The position numbers were made by a program, and so were the translations under genes. Under the pieces are notes generated by a model. It was not told the DNA's origin, did no database searches, and worked only from the letters and a program-made list of their open reading frames with translations. 64,000 nt of DNA from Macrostomum hystrix (Eukaryota; Animalia; Platyhelminthes): NCBI GenBank assembly GCA_950097015.1, contig CATNEN010000002.1:1116001-1180000 (forward strand), written 5' to 3'. This document shows, in pieces, positions 57,804-64,000 of this stretch (position 1 is the stretch's first letter; each line of letters starts with the position of its first letter).

Positions 57804-60800
57804 GTAAGTCAACTGTTTCTCATCTATCTAACACTTATGCACCTGAATATTAAAAAAAACAGACACCCTCTAACAATCCTAAGACACCTTCATAATATCC
57901 CTAAGACACCTTCATAATATCCCTAAGACACCTTCATAATATCCCTAAGACACCTTCATAATATCCCTAACGACACCTGTCTAACATCCCTAAGGCACCT
58001 TCATAATATCCCTAAGACACCTGTCTAACATCCCTAAGGCACCTTCATAATATCCCTAACGACACCTGTCTAACATCCCTAAGGCACCTTCATAATATCC
58101 CTAAGACACCTGTCTAACATCCCTATGACACCTGTCTAACATCCCTAAGGCACCTTCATAATATCCCTAAGACACCTGTCTAACATCCCTAAGGCACCTT
58201 CATAATATCCCTAAGACACCTGTCTAACATCCCTAAGGCACCTTCATAATATCCCTAACGACACCTGTCTAACATCCCTAAGGCACCTTCATAATATCCC
58301 TAAGACACCTGTCTAACATCCCTATGACACCTGTCTAACATCCCTAAGGCACCTTCATAACATCCCTAAGGCACCTTCATAATATCCCTAACGACACCTG
58401 TCTAACATCCCTAAGGCACCTTCATAATATCCCTAAGACACCTGTCTAACATCCCTAAGGCACCTTCATAATATCCCTAACGACACCTGTCTAACATCCC
58501 TAAGGCACCTTCATAATATCCCTAACGACACCTGTCTAACATCCCTAAGGCACCTTCATAATATCCCTAACGACACCTGTCTAACATCCCTAAGGCACCT
58601 TCATAATATCCCTAAGACACCTGTCTAACATCCCTATGACACCTGTCTAACATCCCTAAGGCACCTTCATAATATCCCTAAGACACCTGTCTAACATCCC
58701 TAAGGCACCTTCATAATATCCCTAAGACACCTGTCTAACATCCCTAAGGCACCTTCATAATATCCCTAACGACACCTGTCTAACATCCCTAAGGCACCTT
58801 CATAATATCCCTAAGACACCTGTCTAACATCCCTATGACACCTGTCTAACATCCCTAAGGCACCTTCATAACATCCCTAAGGCACCTTCATAATATCCCT
58901 AACGACACCTGTCTAACATCCCTAAGGCACCTTCATAATATCCCTAACGACACCTGTCTAACATCCCTAAGGCACCTTCATAATATCCCTAAGACACCTG
59001 TCTAATATCCCTAAGACACCTCTCTAACAATCCTAAGACACCTGTCTAACATCCCTAAGACACTCCCAACAACTTGTCAAGCAGGCCCACAACCTGCCAA
59101 ACCACCAAACACCTGCCAAAATTTGCAGTTAGCAACACCAGTCACCAGTCGGATCAGCAGCAGATTCCGTTTCTGTCTCAGGGCGACCTGCTCATTGGCC
59201 GCGTCGCGAATCTGAATGCATCGTCCACGTGCGGCGAGGACAGACTGGTCCTGGTTTGTCCGATAGGCGGCGCTCCCTGCTTCACTTGCGACAGTCGAAG
59301 ATCGTACGATCGGTCAACTTCAAAGGACTCCTACAGGCTGGAGAATGCAGTTGGAAAAATATACAACGCCAACAGCACCTTCAGCACCTGGTGGCTGTCA
59401 AAACCTGGCGATGAATATGTCGTGATTGAGCTGAATTTGGAGAGCAAGTTCACCTTTACGCATCTCATCATGATCTTCAGGGGCTACCGACCAAAGGCCT
59501 GGTTCCTGGACAGGTCAGCTAAACAGGAATTACTTATGCAATAAACTAGTTACCTGTTATACCTGTTTGTCTAGTCACCAGTTATGCTGGTGACTAGTCA
59601 CCTGTTATACCTGTTTGTCTAGTCACCTGTTATGCTGTTTGTCTAGTCACCAGTTATACCTGGTTGTCTAGTCACCAGTTATACCTGTTTGTCTAGTCAC
59701 CAGTTATACCTGTTTGTCTAGTCACCAGTTATACCTGTTTGTCTAGTCACCAGTTATACCTGTTTGTCTAGTCACCTGTTATACCTGTTTGTCTAGTCAC
59801 CAGTTATACCTGTTTGTCTAGTCACCAGTTATACCTGTTTGTCTAGTCACCTGTTATACCTGTTTTTCTAGTCACCTGTTCTACCTGTTTGTCTAGTCAC
59901 CTGTTCTACCTGTTAAACTAGTCACCTGTTCTACCTGTTAAACTAGTCACCTGTTCTACCTGTTAAACTAGTCACCTGTTTTACCTGTTAAACTAGTCAC
60001 CTGTTCTACCTGTTAAACTAGTCACCTGTTCTACCTGTTAAACTAGTCCCCTGTTCTACCTGTGAAACATTCTGCAGGTCCTCAGACTACGGCAGGACCT
60101 TCAGGCCGTACGCCTACTTTGCCGAGAAGTGCCAGGAAACATTTCCGGCCATTCCGGTTGGCCCACGACATAAAATCAATGACGTTGTCTGCAGCCCGGC
60201 CTACACTGAGATCACACCGTCAGACAAGGGTCAGGTGGTCTTCAACTCGGTTCCGCAAAACATCTTAGAGATAATCAAAACTAACGGCACCGACCAGGAG
60301 CTGTGGCGGGCTCAAACTGAAATTACCAACCTGCGCATTCACCTGGTCAAATACCACAGGCTTAGTAAGTGAACTGGGAATCTGAGAGTGGATTGCTAAT
60401 CTATTCAACTACGTGGAGTGAATGGAGTGGATTGCTAATCTATTCAACTACGTGGAGTGAATAGAGTGGATTGCTAATCTATTCAACTACGTGGAGTGAA
60501 TAGAGTGGATTGCTAATCTATTCAACTACGTGGAGTGAATAGAGTGGATTGCTAATCTATTCAACTACGTGGAGTGAATGGAGTGGATTGCTAATCTATT
60601 CAACTACGTGGAGTGAATAGAGTGGATTGCTAATCTATTCAACTACGTGGAGTGAATAGAGTGGATTGCTAATCTATTCAACTACGTGGAGTGAATAGAG
60701 TGGATTGCTAATCTATTCAACTACGTGGAAGGAATAGAATGGATTGCTAATCTATTCTTAACTACGTGGAAGGAATAGAGTGGATTGCTAATCTATTCAA

Positions 60801-63731
60801 CTACGTGGAAGGAATAGAATGGATTGCTAATCTATTCTCAACTACGTGGAAGGAATAGAGTGGATTGCTAATCTATTCAACTACGTGGAAGGAATAGAAT
60901 AGATTGCTAATCTAGTCAACTACGTGGAAGGAATAGAATAGATTGCTAATCTATTCAACTACGTGGAAGGAATAGCATGGATTGCTAATCTATTCAACTA
61001 CGTGGAGTGAATAGAGTGGATTGCTAATCTATTCAACTACGTGGAGTGAATAGAGTGGATTGCTAATCTATTCAACTACGTGGAGTGAATAGAGTGGATT
61101 GCTAATCTATTCAACTACGTGGAGTGAATAGAGTGGATTGCTAATCTATTCAACTACGTGGAAGGAATAGAATGGATTGCTAATCTATTCTTAACTACGT
61201 GGAAGGAATAGAGTGGATTGCTAATCTATTCAACTACGTGGAAGGAATAGAATGGATTGCTAATCTATTCTCAACTACGTGGAAGGAATAGAGTGGATTG
61301 CTAATCTATTCAACTACGTGGAAGGAATAGAATAGATTGCTAATCTAGTCAACTACGTGGAAGGAATAGAATAGATTGCTAATCTATTCAACTACGTGGA
61401 AGGAATAGCATGGATTGCTAATCTATTCAACTACGTGGAGTGAATAGAGTGGATTGCTAATCTATTCAACTACGTGGAGTGAATAGAGTGGATTGCTAAT
61501 CTATTCAACTACGTGGAGTGAATAGAGTGGATTGCTAATCTATTCAACTACGTGGAAGGAATAGAATGGATTGCTAATCTATTCTTAACTACGTGGAAGG
61601 AATAGAGTGGATTGCTAATCTATTCAACTACGTGGAAGGAATAGAATGGATTGCTAATCTATTCTCAACTACGTGGAAGGAATAGAGTGGATTGCTAATC
61701 TATTCAACTACGTGGAAGGAATAGAATAGATTGCTAATCTAGTCAACTACGTGGAAGGAATAGAATAGATTGCTAATCTATTCAACTACGTGGAAGGAAT
61801 AGAGTGGATTGCTAATCTATTCAACTACGTGGAGTGAATAGAGTGGATTGCTAATCTATTCAACTAGGTGGAGTGAATAGAGTGGATTGCTAATCTAATC
61901 TACCACTGCTGCTCAATCTCCCCCCTTTCGTCTCCAGCCGAAGATAAGCTGGACGGGCCGGACCCTCGCTATTACTACGGACTGTACGAGATGAATGTTC
62001 ACGGCATGTGCATCTGCAACGGGCACGCCACAATGTGCAAACCAGCAGCAGCTATTTATGGCACAGACAGTAACATGGTGAGGGAATCTGATACCAAAAT
62101 AGTTCATCTATCTAGCTAAAATCGTGCATAAAAAATGATCCATGATCCTTGTTTCATAATCCATAATCCATGATCCATGATCTATAATCCATTATCCATT
62201 ATCCTTTATCCTTTATCCATTATCTATGATCAATTATCATTTATCCTTTATCTATTACCCATTATCCAATTACGAGTATTTATTATCCATAATCCATTAT
62301 CCAAGTATCAATTTCCAAGTAACAAATATTCATGCCCATTATCCTACAGGCCATAATAGTTATAATCCGAATAGTAATAAAATATTTTTTCGATGAACTG
62401 ATCCAAACTTAGCTTTTTTTAAGTTTAAACTCTTTTTTTTCGAGTCATTTTAATGCAAAAAGTCATTTAAACAAAAAATGATACAGAAAAACAAAAACTT
62501 TTGATGACAAGAGTCATCAATTTTAAGGATTTTGTTTTCAATTATTCTTTCTTCTGCGGTTACTGTCCAAATATTAGGCCGTCCAACAGGAAAGCTGAAT
62601 TTTGCGCACATTTTTTGCTTCGATTTCGTCTGTTGCAGCGAAAGTCTCATTTCGCTGTAGTCAGGCACTGGTTGGCTTGGTAACAATCCCAAAAATACTT
62701 GTAGCATTGTAGGATTGAAGGACATTGTGAACTAGATTCTCATGCCAATCCTTGTTGAATTCTGCCCCTATCAGACCAGATGTGCGGCCGACAGCACAGC
62801 CGCAGCTAATGCGGTCCAGTCCACTTCGCCTGTCCAGTCCATGGACTGGAGGGACGCCACACTCACCCTCAATTAACCCAAGCTAATGCTGGTACCAAAT
62901 TTAACAGCTTGGTGAACAGAAGCAATGCAGATTATACTTGTCATGCTAAAGGGCAAAACTTGTTCGAATGGAGTCGGGAATCGAACCCTCGACCTTCAAG
63001 TCGTGAGTCCGACGCTCTAACCACTAGGCTAAAACCTATATATTTATGGGGCTGGTTTAGTATAGTTTATTGAAACAAATTACCCTACACCCAAACGCTG
63101 TGTACAGCTGTTCAGTCCGTGGACTGGTTAGGCCACCACAGCTAAATTTCTAACACAGCTGTTAACTGTTATCTGATGCACTACAGAAATGTAGTTTATT
63201 GCTCAAAGACGCGATTGTTTCTTGGTCAGAAATCCGGAGCTCAAACCATCTCGCCAGATGTTCAGCTACAGACAACAGCTAAAAGTCAGCCAAGGTGTAC
63301 AGTAATGCAGAGGTGTATTATCCGAAAACACTCCCGAACCCAGGTGCACAGCGAATGCGACTGCATTCACAACACCCAAGGGCCGCACTGCGACCAGTGC
63401 CTGGATTTCTACAACGACAGAAAATGGGCCCCGGCCACATCGACGAATTCGAACGAGTGCCGCCGCTGCCAGTGCCACGGGCACACCAACCGGTGCGCGT
63501 TCTCCCAGAGCATGTGGGATCGCACGGGCGGCCTGAGTGGCGGCCAGTGCCTCGACTGCAGGCATAACACCACTGGCGATCATTGCGAGAAGTGCGAGGC
63601 CGGCTTCTACAGGGACGACAGGAAGACTCTGGAGGATCCTGACGTCTGCGTCGCGTGCGACTGCTTCAAGCCGGGTATCCGGGATGAGTTCTGCGAGCAG
63701 GAGACCAACAAAGCCAAGTCGCTCATTGCTG
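57740..63731 (+). CDS. LAMB1: Laminin beta-chain gene (LAMB1/LanB1-like), 5' part: signal peptide, LN domain, LE1-LE3; continues beyond the window
   Basis: GDLLIGR, STCG, FTHLIMIF, RSSDYG, CICNGHA, and LE repeats ending SLIAG as in beta chains; five exons with consistent phases. A beta-derived netrin cannot be excluded without the 3' end. Confidence 0.88.
57862..59062. repeat. 22-bp composite minisatellite filling laminin intron 1
   Basis: Alternating CTAAGACACCTGTCTAACATCC and CTAAGGCACCTTCATAATATCC units. Confidence 0.96.
59129..59513 (+). CDS. LAMB1: Laminin beta coding exon 2: LN domain
   Basis: atttgcag|TT phase-1 acceptor (alternative tctcag|GGC at 59182); ends GAC AG|GTCAGC. Confidence 0.85.
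59545..60062. repeat. 25-bp minisatellite (CTAGTCACCTGTTATACCTGTTTGT)n filling laminin intron 2
   Basis: Period 25, with a variant block at the 3' end. Confidence 0.96.
60078..60364 (+). CDS. LAMB1: Laminin beta coding exon 3: LN domain
   Basis: RSSDYGRTFRPYAYFAEKC...ITNLRIHLVKYHRL; A|GTAAGT donor. Confidence 0.92.
60385..61900. repeat. 39-bp minisatellite filling laminin intron 3
   Basis: Units GAGTGGATTGCTAATCTATTCAACTACGTGGAGTGAATA and GAAGGAATAGAATGGATTGCTAATCTATTCAACTACGTG. Confidence 0.96.
61938..62077 (+). CDS. LAMB1: Laminin beta coding exon 4: LN end and LE1 start
   Basis: YYYGLYEMNVHGMCICNGHATMC; ATG|GTGAGG donor. Confidence 0.92.
62137..62345. repeat. Degenerate 7-bp repeat (ATCCAT[G/T])n in laminin intron 4
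   Basis: Direct inspection. Confidence 0.8.
62820..63036 (-). mobile_element. tRNA-derived SINE, family 2 (CORE-like central domain)
   Basis: Reverse strand: TAGCCTAGTGG A box, GGGTTCGATTCCC B box, then ...TTCACCAAGCTGTTAAATTTGGTACCAGC, resembling recalled invertebrate CORE-SINE cores. Confidence 0.6.
63344..63731 (+). CDS. LAMB1: Laminin beta coding exon 5: LE1-LE3
   Basis: VHSECDCIHNTQGPHCDQC...CQCHGH...CDCFKPG...SLIAG; G|GTAGGT donor (alternative at 63735). Confidence 0.92.
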
Positions 63732-63899
63732 GTAGGTTTGTCTGACACAGACAGTGCTTCAAAGTGAAATGCTAAAATATATTGGCTTGAGGTCCTGGTC
63801 TTTGATCTGACTTTTGGAACTGATGCCTTGCTGATTAAGATTTCTATGAGGTCTGAACTAGTCGTATTCAGAAAGATCGTCTAGACGGAGTTCAAACTC

Positions 63900-64000
63900 G
63901 GGGTGAGTGGCAGAGCGGTTAACGCTTTTGCTTCTCGCACCAAGGTCCCTGAGCTCGATTCCGCGGCGAGGCCACATTAAATTGGGGTGCAGCCCGGAAG
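63900..64000 (+). mobile_element. SINE family 1 head (runs off the window)
   Basis: GGGGTGAGTGGCAGAGCGG...CTCGCACCAAGGTCCCTGAGCTCGATTCCGCGG. Confidence 0.75.

Noticed and set aside
62965-63036. Possible tRNA gene on the minus strand (CAC at the anticodon position)
   Set aside because: A and B boxes are present but the acceptor and anticodon stems pair poorly, and it continues into a SINE-like body; treated as a SINE head

Overview
Eukaryotic (invertebrate) genomic DNA; the density of intronic minisatellites suggests a free-living flatworm such as Macrostomum, but this is only an inference. There are two divergently oriented multi-exon genes, which I reconstructed by hand from GT/AG sites with consistent intron phases. 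(1) Minus strand, ~29.1 kb to beyond position 1: an L-type voltage-gated Ca2+ channel alpha-1 subunit (Cav1; EEEE filter, AID, EF-hand, IQ, PCRD) with about 34 candidate exons. These include two tandemly duplicated, mutually exclusive exon pairs (IIIS2-S3/S3, and the domain IV extracellular pore loop plus the first half of IVS6), two candidate microexons in voltage-sensor S3-S4 linkers (21 nt and 9 nt), and a phase-symmetric I-II loop cassette exon. (2) Plus strand, from ~57.7 kb past the right edge: a laminin beta-chain gene (signal peptide, LN domain, LE1-LE3). The ~28 kb between the genes, and many introns, are filled with unrelated-looking minisatellite and satellite arrays (units 4-39 bp), including a 9.5 kb array of 37-bp units with higher-order structure. 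Two tRNA-derived SINE families are also present. All long low-complexity ORFs in the ORF track are repeat artefacts. No database searches were run; comparisons with vertebrate proteins are from recalled sequences.
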